64,000 nt of DNA from assembly GCF_006345805.1 (NCBI RefSeq), contig NC_043002.1:15934001-15998000 (forward strand), in the 5' to 3' direction. Of this stretch, positions 1-12,675 are shown in pieces. Both the position numbers and the translations under genes were made by a program. The notes beneath the pieces were generated by a model. The model searched no databases and was not told where the DNA came from. It was given only the letters and a program-made list of their open reading frames with translations. This stretch comes from Octopus sinensis (lineage: Eukaryota). Position 1 is the stretch's first letter; each line of letters begins with the position of its first letter.

Positions 1-175
1 AACACATTCTTTATTTTCTGTCTTCGTTTCTTTTTGTGTTCCTCTCTGTGCAAGAGCGTAGGCTCGAAATGTTAAAGCCTTTTTTTCAGTTCCTGAGCGT
101 TATACTAACGCATCTATTTGTTGACTACACCACCTGTCTTCGTCTTTTGTTTTTTTTTGTGAATTCTCTGTCTGT
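1..175 (+). repeat. Dispersed repeat family B, probably Penelope-like; other copies 6880-7010 (-), 37690-37850 (+), 56225-56375 (+)
   Basis: Shared blocks GAGCGTAGGCTCGAAA, GAGCGTT..ACTAA.ACATCT and CACCTGTCTTCGTCTTTTGTT. Three copies abut microsatellites; the 37690 copy lies inside the maT-like relic. Confidence 0.7.
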
Positions 176-178
176 CAG

Positions 179-213
<35 letters not shown>

Positions 214-2311
214 CTAGGTATATATATATGTATATATATATATATATATATATAAAGAGAGATAGATAGATAGATACATACATACATTCATACATACATA
301 CATACATACATACATAGTAGTGCTTTGTTTATAAGTTTTAGTTCATTAAGTCGATCGAAATTCATAAAAAATATGAAAATGTATGATATGCATAATATTT
401 ATAATCATACAAGTATTAATATAAAAGTGCATTTTGCTGTTTTCTAGGTTTACTAAACGAAGTGAATATAATAGAAAAGTTAAATGCTGATGCTGTTCCC
501 GTCACTATTGCAACTATCGTAACCATTATTTCTTTACTATGAAAATAATAATATGTTATTAATGTAGAGTATTATTTATAAGTGCTACGTGATTTCCTAT
601 AGCTATTTATTAACGTCGGCTTAGCGTCAAATGACTTCTTTATATTGCTAAATGTTTTGAAATAGCTGATTCTCACTGCCATGTATTGTTGATGGCGTTG
701 AAATTCTATCTTCATATTTAATTCACGTCTTTCTCAAACGAAATAGCACTGTTCTCGAGAAACCGTCTGTCCTGTATTGTCTAGGTGTTAAAAAACTTGA
801 AATTACATGGAAAGTAACACATATTGATTTTAAAAGCATGTTTTCCAACGAAACAGGTGGAAGAAAGTATGTTATAATAAAGAAATAAATATTAAGAAGT
901 ATCGGAAAATAGAATATAATTATATAAAAAGTAGAATCTGATTTTCTTTCTTCACTATTTTTTGATTGTATCGTTAGCATTATTTTAATTGGGTTGATTT
1001 ATTATTTATATTTATGGCCTTCTGATTATTTGATTAATGTGTTTGTTTATATTCAGTAAATTTCCTACACATTTTGTTAGCAGTTTTGATGCGTTCATGG
1101 TACTAATTCTGTGGCTGTCGCTCTCAATTACATTATTGCGATCACCTTAACCATCTTGATCGTCGTTTCATGATGCTCATAAATTAAAAATTGCAGTCAT
1201 CACATTTTGTTAATATTTATTTAGTTTCCTTACAGTATTCCTACGCTGAACATTGTTGATGTTGTTATTATTTTTATCATCATTATTTGTACCATTAGTG
1301 GTAGTTTTCTAATTCTCATTTTCGTTTTTGCTCAATTTAATTCCATTTTCTCATCAGAATTTTCATTATTAGTTTTAATACAATGAAAAAAAAAGGTAGC
1401 TGCGTCATTTTAGATTATCTAAATATAAAATAGTAAAATAAAATATAAGGAAAACCTAATAATAAATAACCATAATGAGGACAAATAATTATGTATTTTA
1501 TATTTTATATTGAAGTAAAATGAAGAGAAAGAAACCTCACAGAAATTGTTAAAAGCCAAAATATTACTCAAAAATAATCGATGACTTAAATTACATTTAT
1601 TTTTGTATGGGAAAGTGTGATTTACAAGAAGATTTTTTTTTACTTCTCTTTTGACACATTTGCTTTATATATTTAATAATATAATGCTGATAAAGTCGGT
1701 GAGCTGGATAAAATTCCTTGCAGTATTTAGTTACATTCTGAGCTAAAATCTCGCCGGTATCATCTATTATTTTCATCTCTCCTATGCCGATATAATAAGT
1801 AACATTGAAGTACTAAACGACTTAATCGACTGTGAGGTTCAGACTTGTGCCAGTGTAAGAAATCAATATCGTATCGTTAACAGCTTTAAACGCTGCCAGA
1901 AAGCTATATTTAAGTTGTGTATGCTAGGAGATAGCAATTATTTTTCTTTAAGTCGAAAACGGTTCAGAAAAGCAACTGCATTACATCATTTGATGTTCTA
2001 TTCAAAAACAGTAACGACAAGTTAGGGGTAGCAGTCAAACTATACCAATGCATATGAAGACCATGTTCTTTTAGGAAATGATAGAAACTTTTATCGATGC
2101 ATTATTCATTAAATGAATCGTCAAAGTAATGCAACTCGCATAGTGGGAACAAATTACATAAGAGCACAGTAGATACAGCGCATATTTTGGACATAAGAAT
2201 AACGATAATACAACAGCAAAAGTGTCAACAACAACATCATTCCATGTAGGCTATTCAACAACAACAACAATAATAAAAGTTTCATATTTTAACTGAAGTC
2301 CAGCAGTTTCG

Positions 2312-2700
2312 GAGAGGGAGTAATTCGACTACATCGACCACAATTCTCAACTGGTATTGATTCTATCGACCCCATAAGGATAAAAAGCAAAGTCGACCTC
2401 GGCGCTATTTGAACTCAGAACGTAATGACAAACGAAATAGCTATTTCTTTACTACCCACAAGGGGCTAAACACAGAGGGGACAAACAAGGACAGACAAAT
2501 GGATTAAGTCGATTACATCGAGTCCAGTGCGTAACTGGTACTTAATTTATCGACCCCGAAAGGATGAAAGGCAAAGTCGACCTCAGTGGAATTTGAACTC
2601 AGAACATAACGGCAGACGAAATACCTATTTCTTTACTACCCACAAGGGGCTAAACACAGAGGGGACAAACAAGCGGCGGACGAAATACCCCTAAGTATTT
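2312..2700 (-). mobile_element. SINE family D, tandem subunits
   Basis: Reverse complement of the 19919-20525 units. Confidence 0.8.
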
Positions 2701-3084
2701 CACCCGGCCGCCTTAATAATAATAATAATGATAATAATAGTAACAACAGTAACATGCACTGTTTAGATTGGTGTTGTGAGAGGACTGGGTGGGCAAATTT
2801 GATCTAAATTTATAAATTACCTGTGCAGCATCTATATTCCTCTCTGTGCCTATTAAACCCTATGTCTCTGCCGTAAGGCTTTACTTCCACATACGCCAGT
2901 TTAATTTGATTCGTCCGCAGTCGAAAGACACCAATTGTTATGTCCTGTTAATTGCATTTGTATCTGTGTAACATCTCTCTGTTTTTTTCCTGTCCTTGTT
3001 TTCGTATACATTCACTGCTTTCTTCCAAAGAGTCTAGTACACTTAGTTTTTCCTTGGGGCTGGCCAGATTGGAGCAATCTCGAG

Positions 3085-3215
3085 TATAACCAGCAGAAAT
3101 TTCAAAGATAATCTGAAACTCGACTGAGGATAGAAAACTACGAGTGACCCGTCCTTGTTTTCTTTGTGTCGCCTGTCTGGATGTTTTGCGTTCTTGTCCC
3201 ATATTTATCATACGT
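3085..3215 (+). repeat. Dispersed repeat family G; second copy 38500-38665
   Basis: Shared ATAATCTG..ACTCGACTGAGGA.AGAAAACT.CGA.TGACCCGTCCT.GTTTTCTTTGTGTCG.CT.TCTGGATGTTTTG, both ending at (TA)n. Confidence 0.7.
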
Positions 3216-4560
3216 ATATATATATATATATATATTAAGGCTATGAATCTGCATTTGAGGCAAATTGCTCTGATGTGTATATTTGTTCTGCAGCCAATCG
3301 CATTTCAAATATATCGCAATGCTTTCCTACGTACCATGGCTCTAGATACATATCCTGCTACTGATATAAAGAGTTCCGTATGAGAAAATATACTCGCAAT
3401 TTGAACAGAACCTGTAAGTTCAGTCTTTCAATTTTTCTCTGATTACAGTTATTTTATCTATACGGCCTGGATTTATTTGCACAGTTCATAGAGTTGTGTT
3501 GAAGGATAAATATCGCCTTGGACATCTTTATTGCAAAAGTGTAAGCTTCGGTAATGCGAATATCTTTTCTATCACGTATATTTAAATTGAAACCTGCTTG
3601 CATTGCATGATAGCAAATCACATGAGAAATCAGCAATATTGACATTGTTTGTAGAAGACGCAGTTTATTCCTAGATATTGAAGGCGATTTGTTTTTATAA
3701 CTCTTATTTTCCCTGAAATAACTCCCTGTTAAGAATTTACACTGCTGCTAGATTTATAATTTTCTCTCAGGTTGTCCATACGCTTTTTCGCTTTTCGTTA
3801 ATTTTTTTTTCCATATTTCTCTATTTCTTTAACCTGCCAGGTAAACAGAAGCTATATTGAAAAACAGTGTTATCTTCAGCAATAAAATATGTCCTACCAC
3901 ATAATATCTATTTACATACATATGTTGTCAAAGAACTGTTGTTGGCACTAAAGCCATTACAGGCGCAGAGCAGTGATAAGTGAAGGAACCGCGGTTCTAC
4001 TGTCTGGTAACAAGCTACACTCTTAGTTCAATAAATCACTTTATCGTTCTTGTTAACAAGCCACTCAACTCTGTTTGAAGATAGCTAAAACCAAAAGCAT
4101 TCCCTTGTACCTTCCCAGTCATTTATGTCTGTTAATGAACATTGCCTAATGCAACACGCATTAACATTGTATGGTTTTAAGTAAGTAAATTTGGCCGTCA
4201 TTTGTCGCAATTCAACCGACATGTTGAGTACGTACTTCGTACTCCAACCGTTTGTATTATCGCTGAATCCTTGTTAGATAAACAGGGAATACTATATAGC
4301 TAAATAAGAATAAAAAGAGAATCGGAAGATGGGAGATAATAAGAGTTCCACATATGACCACGTGTGAAAATCACAGACATATAGCAATATGAAAATATGA
4401 ACAGAGTGTATTGCTAAATGTGTTGTGTTATAGCTGATTTTAGTCCAGCACAAAATTATCTGCCTCTCTGAGATGAACTGTACTTAGAATAATTAAGTAA
4501 AGGCTTCAACGGTATTTATATGAGCATTGTATATATGTGTATGCATGGTTGGTATTATAT

Positions 4561-4636
<76 letters not shown>

Positions 4637-7015
4637 GTATATATACATGATATACATATGATATACATATGGCGTTTCAAATTTTATTTCTCACACTCTG
4701 AGACATGCATATAATACACAGACAAAATATATGTATGTACGCACACATGCACTGTAATATTAGTGAACACATACTTATATTATATATTTGTTCATGCTAT
4801 TCTATGTCCTATATATGTGAATATGTACGTGTGTGTGTATGTATTAGTATAGATAAGCATGAATGTGTCTGTATTTCATGTTTGATGTGCACAAACGGAT
4901 AAATCACGAACATTTTGTACGCTATTTTTCTATATATAACCAAGCTGCACCAGTATCCTCAACTACACAACAGCGACATCAGTTTATCCATTGTTGATCT
5001 AAGCATTTTCCTGATTTCAAATATCAGGTCAGTGGGACTAACTAAGTTCGTGTGTTATGTAAGATCTATTTCTGCTATTTTACTTTTCAGAAGCTCTTCT
5101 GTCGCGTGTCTGTATATAGAATGGTTTCTTTGTTGTTGCTGATGTATCTTCTGCAGTTTTGTAGTTTGTATCAGTCTAGTCATTACCACCAACGGTGGAG
5201 AAAGTGCTCAGATCATAAAATGCAGAAAGTTCTAATGGAAAACATTTCTTTTTATATCGCAAATATATTTTCTCCTTTTCTATTGACTAGTTGAAATATT
5301 AAGAAATATACGAAATATTCTCAGTTGCAAGAAATAATTGAATCTCCAGTGAAGTTCACGTTTGATTCTGCTGGGACGGGAATAAAGTCATATGACCTTC
5401 CCGTATTTCTTCCGCATTGCGTTTATGCGGGCCTGATTCCGGCACAATAGTTGCTAGGGCTTTGTTCATACGTCATTACAATATAGCTATTTCATCAAAA
5501 GTTACTGGCACATAAATATCATCACTGTTCGTGTTCATGCTTGGTTTTCTATATCCTACAAATTTCCCGACACTTTCTATCTTAAATCTACGTTATGAGG
5601 TGAGGTTGTAGTTTTTATTGATATAACAGTCGTAAGAATTTGTGATGCAAGGTGTCTGCAAAAGCCGCTGTGACTCTAGAAATAGAGGTGTACAAAGCAT
5701 ACTGCAGTCAATTCATGCTAAATTTGCTCTTCGGTAAAACCGTCCCCGAAACCAAATAAAAAATTTCATCTCAGATCATGATGCACAGTAATAGTGAGGC
5801 AACATTCGTCGGTGTACACCACTTGTTAGGTATCCGTATTATTTTAAGCCTGGTGAGGAAATCGTTCATCAATATAACAGATAAAAGGGGAGCAAAATAT
5901 AAGCTCGTATGAGTTCAAATGAAAGCAAGAAGTACGCATCCTGTAAACATTTACACATCGAACTAGTAGAAAAGTATTGATTAGCAAGCTCGAATTCGGT
6001 CACTAGCCATGCCGTTTCCCCATTCTCTCCGTTATATAATTAATACAGGGACATGTATAAATCAGATTAAGCTCTGACAATCAGTTGACTATCAGTTCCA
6101 CTCAAACATTTCCATTACAAACATTACGTCTCTGATCACTAATGTTTCTTAAACTGTAAAAATCCCAACCCCTATTCCAAACTTCCAGAATTTCAACAGT
6201 CTAGAAGATTTTAGTGCACAAGTGTTAAATACATTTGTCAACTATGGAACGTTAAAAGCGTCATTACCATCGTTCTTGTAATGGTGATGGTTTCTATGCC
6301 TTCATTCAAACCAAGCTGATGTTGGAGTGTACCGCGTTTAGTAATTTCACCGGTCACTGATACCTCTTCCCCCTCTCAACTACTTCTGAATATTGTGAAT
6401 GTACATACATACATGCATACATACATACATACATACATACATACATACATACATACATACACACACACACTAGAAAATCTCACGTTTTCGCAGAGAGTTG
6501 GGACGGCGGTTTTTCTAATGCTTGCCCTTTATTACCTAATTATTGACAATGAAGATATACATGATGGAAAATATATGAAACCCAATCAAATGAGCATAGA
6601 ATAAAAAGATACATCCAAATCATACACCGTGCCACGTGGATTCTCACTAAGAATTTTAATATCACAACGTGGTGACTTACAAAAAATATTCAATAAAAAT
6701 GTAATTCTCTTAAGCTAGTTCTTGAATCTTCATCCTTGAAAGTAGTGAGCTCACACACGCATGCGTACATAATGAAAGAGAGAATCTTGTTTGTTTATCT
6801 GTGGCCGAACGAACCAATGATCATACATACATACATACATACATACATACACAGACACACACACATATATATAGTTGGAATTTACAGGAAAAAGAAAAGA
6901 CGTAGACAGGTGTATATAGTAACAAACACATGTATTAATATAACCCTCGGGAAAGTGAGAAAGTCTTTTACCTTTCCAGCTTAGGCTCTTCAACAGAAAG
7001 GAACACGATATATAC

Positions 7016-7076
<61 letters not shown>

Positions 7077-7127
7077 ATATATATATAGATAGATAGATAT
7101 ATGCATATACATGCATATATTCATTAA

Positions 7128-7512
7128 TACTCTTTTACTTGTTTCAGTCATTTGGCTGGGGCCATGCTGGAGCACCGCCTTTCATCGAGCAACTCGACCC
7201 CGGGACTTATTCTTTTGTAAGCCCAGTACTTATTATATCGGTCTCTTTTGCCGAACCGCTAAGTAACGGGGACATAAACACACCAGCATCGGTTGTCAAG
7301 CAATGCTAGGGGGACACACACAAATACACACACGCATACATATATATATACGACGGGCTTCTTTCAGTTTCCGTCTACCAAATCCACTCACAAGGCTTTG
7401 GTCGGCCCGAGGCTATAGTAGAAGACACTTGCCCAAGGTGCCACGCAGTGGGACTGAACCCAGAACCATGTGGTTGGTAAACAAGCTACTTACCACACAG
7501 CCACTCCTGCGC
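7128..7512 (-). mobile_element. tRNA-derived SINE family A with internal (TA)/(TG) microsatellite
   Basis: A-box-like TGGCTGTGTGG and B-box-like GGTTCAGTCCC head, CCTTGGGCAAGTG core-like block, tail GGCGGTGCTCCAGCATGGCCGCAGTCAAATGACTGAAACAAGTAAAAGAGTA in the consensus; near-identical to the other listed copies. Confidence 0.85.
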
Positions 7513-8252
7513 TTCATTAAATTTGTTTTAAGATTTCTTGCCAAATAGAGAAGCAGTCTGTTTCTAGCCCAGGTCTACGGCTCCTTCATTGGATGTATAC
7601 TATCCATTTACATCTTCGATATTTTTACATTTCGGCTTTGATTTATCTATAATCATATTGCTAACATTTTATGCTTAACGCGATTGGAACCTAAAATTTT
7701 TGCCTTTTGATATTTCATTATAATTATAGAATAAAATAATGAAAAGCTTATTATAAAGATAAAAAGGATACTACACTTCATTGTTGTTCATTTTACTTTG
7801 CAAACGTACCCAGAAAACGTAGCAAAATTATTCAAGTATACATTAAGAAGAAAGCGATCAAGTTCATAAAACTGCGAATCTCAAAAATAATAGTTTTATT
7901 TTCAGCACAAGGTAAGCGATTTTCAGGGAAGAAGCTTAACTAATTCTGTCGAATCCAGTGATTCGAAGAATTGTTATTTAGTTGAGCCCACGCAATAAAA
8001 ACAAATTTAACCTTGCAGAATTTGAACTCTGAATTTAAAATATCTGAGAAATGCTTGGAAGAAGTTTTCCATCCTAATATCTCAAATAATTGTTTCAAAC
8101 TGATGCACTAGAACAGCGGTATTCAGGAGACGGGATACGTAGATGGTATGGGGCAAATTATTTTACAGCCAGCTTATTTTATCAGTATCGGCCATACAGT
8201 TGAAACATATATATCAGTCATAATGTGACAGGTGTCAAGTCATTTCAAACAT

Positions 8253-8299
<47 letters not shown>

Positions 8300-8721
8300 A
8301 TATATATATATATATATCACAATCAAGGAACGGCCATAATAGGCCATTCACCCACTAGAAATAACAGCCAAAAAGCTTCAACCGCAAAATAACATTAATT
8401 CCGTAAATCAGGAGAAAATTAAAAAACATTTACCCTGAAATTCCTTAGACGATGCACCGTTTCTTCTACTGTTTAATGGTAAATTAACCTGATTAAATTA
8501 AATCAAGCCAATCTACCATAGGCCCTTAGATTCATCAGTAAGGAATAGCCAAATCGGAACAGATATTTTTCACGAGGCATTCTCGTCCATGCCTCGCCAA
8601 TATCTGACCTAAAATTTTCAAATCGTCGCACTCGCGCCAAATTTATCGGCAGCAAATAAATATAAGCCGCCGATTCCATTACGGAACCAACCAGAAAATT
8701 CATAATTAATCAATTAATTAT

Positions 8722-8753
<32 letters not shown>

Positions 8754-8964
8754 ATATATGATGTATAACATTGTCATATATAAATCCGCTGTCATTTTAT
8801 ATAGATAATTATTTCGATGAAAGATTGCACCTAAGTTGAAAATGAAAATGAATGTGAATGTGTAGAAAAAACAAGATACGATTTTTATTACATGCTTGAC
8901 TGACAAGTATTGCGTGTTGTCAGTTAACGTAGCGTTAATATAATATACTTAATTTACTCAAGAT

Positions 8965-9291
8965 GAAGGCACATGGCTCAATGGCCAGAGAGTCGAGCTT
9001 ACGACCGTGAGGTTGTGAGTTCGAATCACGGACGGAGCTGCGTTTTATATTTCACGTTGCTCCAGTTCAATCAGCGGTAAAAATGAGTTGCGACGTCACA
9101 GGTGACAAGCTGAATCTGCTGTTGCCTTTCCTTTGGATAACACTGCTGGCGTGGAGAAGGGAGGCCGGTATGCATGGGCGACTGCTGGACTTCCATATAA
9201 AAAAAAACAACCTTGCCCGGTCTGGTGATTGGCGGGGGGGGGTAACTTTCTTGCTGCAATTCCATGTTTAGCCATGACCGAAGGGGGTCTC
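8965..9291 (+). mobile_element. tRNA-derived SINE family C
   Basis: A-box-like TGGCTCAATGG, B-box-like GAGTTCGAATC, GC-richer body ending CATGACCGAAGGGGGTCT. Single copy in the window. Confidence 0.6.
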
Positions 9292-10001
9292 AATACACAA
9301 GATATATATACTATAAATTAATCACATGTCAAAATATATTGCACTAGGAACTTCAGTTTTGGCGACCCGTCCAAACAACTTAAAGTATATTATTACATTT
9401 ATCCCAAAATTCATTTTCTGTTAATTATATATGTTTTAACAAGTGCTAATAAGGGGTATAGCTGGCATAATCGTTAGCCTTGCGGGAAAAATAATTAGCT
9501 ACATTTCGTCCGTGTTTGAAGTCGATTCACTTCGCCTTTCATCTATTGAATAAGTAACAGTTACGCACCGAGGATGATGAAATCGAACAATCCTTCCCCG
9601 AATTTTGGGCCTATTGCCGAAAACTTGTTTTAGATAAACTATGCAGGTATAATGTAATATGCAGGTATGATATAAAATATGCAGGTATAATGTGGTAGGT
9701 TATTATTGGTCTTTCATTGGTTAATATCATTTTAAATATTTTTGGATCAATTCTCTGACAAACTATTTCCCTCCAAAGTTTGTAAGAACATCATATAGAC
9801 AATGTTCTGCTCATGAGCCATTTTTTTAAAAGGATCTTGAAACGAATAACGGCATTAATTCTATTATGTGTTTTACAGGCATACGTATATATATATATAT
9901 ATATATGTAAAATATTATTAGAGACAAAACCACTATTTTGCAAAACAAACAAGGAAAGACTTAATCAATACATAAAATTTTAATAAATAGTCAAAAAACC
10001 G

Positions 10002-10044
10002 CCACTACAATTGTTTCTTGTCTTGATCGACAATCTTCAGGTGG
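10002..10044 (-). ncRNA. Second, identical minimal hammerhead motif on the opposite arm of the palindrome
   Basis: Exact reverse complement of 10075-10117. Confidence 0.8.
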
Positions 10045-10074
10045 ACTTCCAATAAGTCAGTTTTAATTGGAAGT

Positions 10075-10117
10075 CCACCTGAAGATTGTCGATCAAGACA
10101 AGAAACAATTGTAGTGG
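10075..10117 (+). ncRNA. Minimal type I hammerhead ribozyme motif (Penelope-like element type)
   Basis: Stem I CCAC (10075-78), core CUGAAGA (10079-85), stem II UUGUC/GAUCAA/GACAA (10086-10101), GAAA (10102-05), C-AAUU-G stem III with a palindromic tetraloop, cleavage triplet GUA (10111-13), stem I partner GUGG (10114-17). All pairings read directly from the sequence. Confidence 0.8.
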
Positions 10118-10291
10118 CGGTTTTTTTTACTATTTATTAAAATTTTATGTATTGATTAAGTCTTTCCTTGTTTGTTTTGCAAAATAGTGGTTTTGTCTCT
10201 AATAATATTTTATAATATTTTACTATAAAATTGGATTTAATCCTAAATCTGATTTTTTCCCTGTAAATTTGGATTTATTCCCTAATATTTA

Positions 10292-10328
<37 letters not shown>

Positions 10329-10425
10329 AATGCCACCGTATACACACTTATACTGTAGAAATCTACATATAGTAACATACACTGAATGTAACATATATAT
10401 ATGGTATATTTTTATAACCGACACA

Positions 10426-10464
<39 letters not shown>

Positions 10465-10564
10465 TATTAATATGCTGGGTATAATTTCAACGAATAAAGC
10501 CATATTTGTATATGAATGGTCTTTGTGATAGGTAATAAAAAATGAGTTTAACTTGAAACGTGAT

Positions 10565-10598
<34 letters not shown>

Positions 10599-11139
10599 GA
10601 AATATATAAGTTGATTGGGAGTGAGGGAAAAATAGATTTATAGTCTTGTTTTGCTAATGAAATACTACGTCTAAAGCGTTGAAGAAAATCAATAAAAACT
10701 GCAAATATATATCACAAAGAAAAAGATAAAACAACGATGCTTATTGACCGAAATACTGATTGAGGGTAAATTTAATACACTGCTTCCTCTATGTAGCGAT
10801 CTTTGAAAACCCAGTAAAACAAACAAGTGATAAAACACATCATACTAACTACAACAACAACAACACATACAATGGTAACAAAGATATTTAATGTTAGTGT
10901 TTTGAGAGGGACGGAGTTATGAGAGACTGAATCAAAAGTGATAAACTGAATGACAGATATTTAATGAATTTGGCACAGATTCAAAAGAAATATGTTCGGG
11001 AGATGATTTGTGTATATAAGTATGAAGGGAGGTATGTAGTTAGGTATGTCTGCATGCATGCATACTCATATGTGTGTGATTTCATATACATACATACATA
11101 CGTACATACATACATACATACATACATACATACATACAT

Positions 11140-11200
<61 letters not shown>

Positions 11201-11202
<2 letters not shown>

Positions 11203-12585
11203 TGAAGGTGTGGCCGTGTGGAAAGAAGATTGCTTCTCAACTACATGATTCCAGGTTCAGCCCTACTGCGCGGCACCTTGGGCAAGTGACTTCTACTATA
11301 ATAGCCTCGGGTAGACCGAAGCCTTGTTTGTGGATTTGGTACATGGAAACTGAAAGAAGCCTGTCCTATATATATGTGCTGGTGTTGGACAAAATAATGG
11401 AAACTCTAAAAATTTTCAAATACATTAATTTTAATATGGCGTAGGACAGACTTTGGCAGTAATTACAGCATAAATTCTGCAAAGTTTGAACTGTTTCCAA
11501 AGCAATTTTTGACCATTCTTCAATTAAAACTGTCTCCAGTTCTGGTAATCATGATGGTGGAGGATATCGACTCCTTGTTTTTCTAAAATGCACTATAAAT
11601 GTTCAACAATATTGAGATATGGGGACTGTGGTTGCCTGTAAAGATGTTCAACTTCACTAGAATACTTCTCGTGCTAATTAGATTTGTGAATAGGTGCCTC
11701 ATCATCCTGAAAGATTGCGTTTCCCCCCAGAGGCAGTTCCGCAAACATAGGATGAATGTAATCAAATGCAATGCTTAAATAATGGAAACGCCTAGCATCA
11801 TAATTTTGAAATATCTATAAACCGTCAAAAGCTTGTTTACTTTCATGTTTTTTTTTTTTACTTATCGTTAGTGTTGCTTGATATCTATTGCAAAAAATTA
11901 CTAAAGTGGTGGTTTTCCGTAAAATCGGTTTTTTTTGCAACTTCCGTCGAACAGTTTTTTGCGGAAACTCTGTTCTCGAGGTGGTCATTAAGCTCTGTAG
12001 TGATTTTGGGAGCTGTACATTTGTGATCCTTTCTAACATTACGTTCCAGACAGTACTTCTTGATATACCAATCATTTCGGCTGTTTTTGTTACACTAGCG
12101 CCTGCTATACGAGCACCGACAATTTGACCCCTTTGAAAGACCGATAGATCTGTCATTTTCATGAATTTTAATTACCTTTTTCTGCCGATTTCTGAAATGA
12201 AACAGTAATTTTTTGCAACATATATCAAGCAACACTAATGATAAGTAAAAAAAACATGAAAGTAAACACGCTTTTGACGGTTTTATAGATATTTCAAAAT
12301 TATGATGCTAGGCGTTTCCATTATTTTGGCCTAACCCCAGCATATATGTGTGTGTGTGTGCGTGTGTGTGTGTGTGTCTGTGTGTGTGTGTGTGTGTGTA
12401 TTGTTCTTCCACCATCGCTTGACAACTGATGTTTGTTTACGTCCTCGTAAGCTAGCGGTTCGGCATAAGAAACAGATATAATAAGTACTAGGCTTACAAA
12501 AATAATTTCTGGGGTCGATATGTTCGACAAGAAGACGGTGTTCCAGCATGGCAGCTGTCAAATTACCGACTCAATTAAAAGAGTA
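11201..12585 (+). mobile_element. SINE family A copy split by the Tc1 insertion (5' half 11201-11376, 3' half 12343-12585)
   Basis: The two halves are collinear with intact copies and join at the internal microsatellite. Confidence 0.8.
11379..12340 (-). mobile_element. Internally deleted and rearranged Tc1-like transposon inserted in a SINE
   Basis: TIRs CTGGTGTTGGACAAAATAATGGAAAC and its counterpart ending at 12340. Transposase N-terminus MTDLSVFQRGQIVGARIAGASVTKTAEM on the minus strand. 11379-11776 is the reverse complement of the C-terminal region of the copy at 49988-51177. Confidence 0.85.
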
Positions 12586-12633
12586 ATATACACATACAGA
12601 CACCCCGTATACATTACAACCCGATATACAAGC

Positions 12634-12674
<41 letters not shown>

Positions 12675-12675
<1 letters not shown>

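Larger units (their letters stand above)
9908..10297. mobile_element. (TA)n-flanked fold-back element, probable Penelope-like pseudo-LTR with an inverted 5' copy
   Basis: Inverted arms 9908-10053 and 10066-10212 (~146 bp, near-identical), 12-nt loop, right arm extended ~85 bp to a (TA)n tract, (TA)n also on the left, hammerhead in each arm. Confidence 0.7.

Noticed and set aside
448-542. Possible terminal exon ending in a hydrophobic tail (VPVTIATIVTIISLL*)
   Set aside because: Lies in degenerate AT-rich trinucleotide-like DNA that yields hydrophobic codons; no homology recognised.
3771-3840. Hydrophobic segment (CPYAFSLFVNFFSIFLYFFNLP) between an AG and a phase-1 GT, as a candidate PXYLP1 anchor exon
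   Set aside because: No in-frame ATG (stop at 3749-3751), and the segment is equally explained as a pyrimidine tract.
5121-5160. MVSLLLLMYLLQF as a candidate PXYLP1 first coding exon
   Set aside because: Too short for a signal anchor, and the required phase-1 donor (GTAGTT) is weak.
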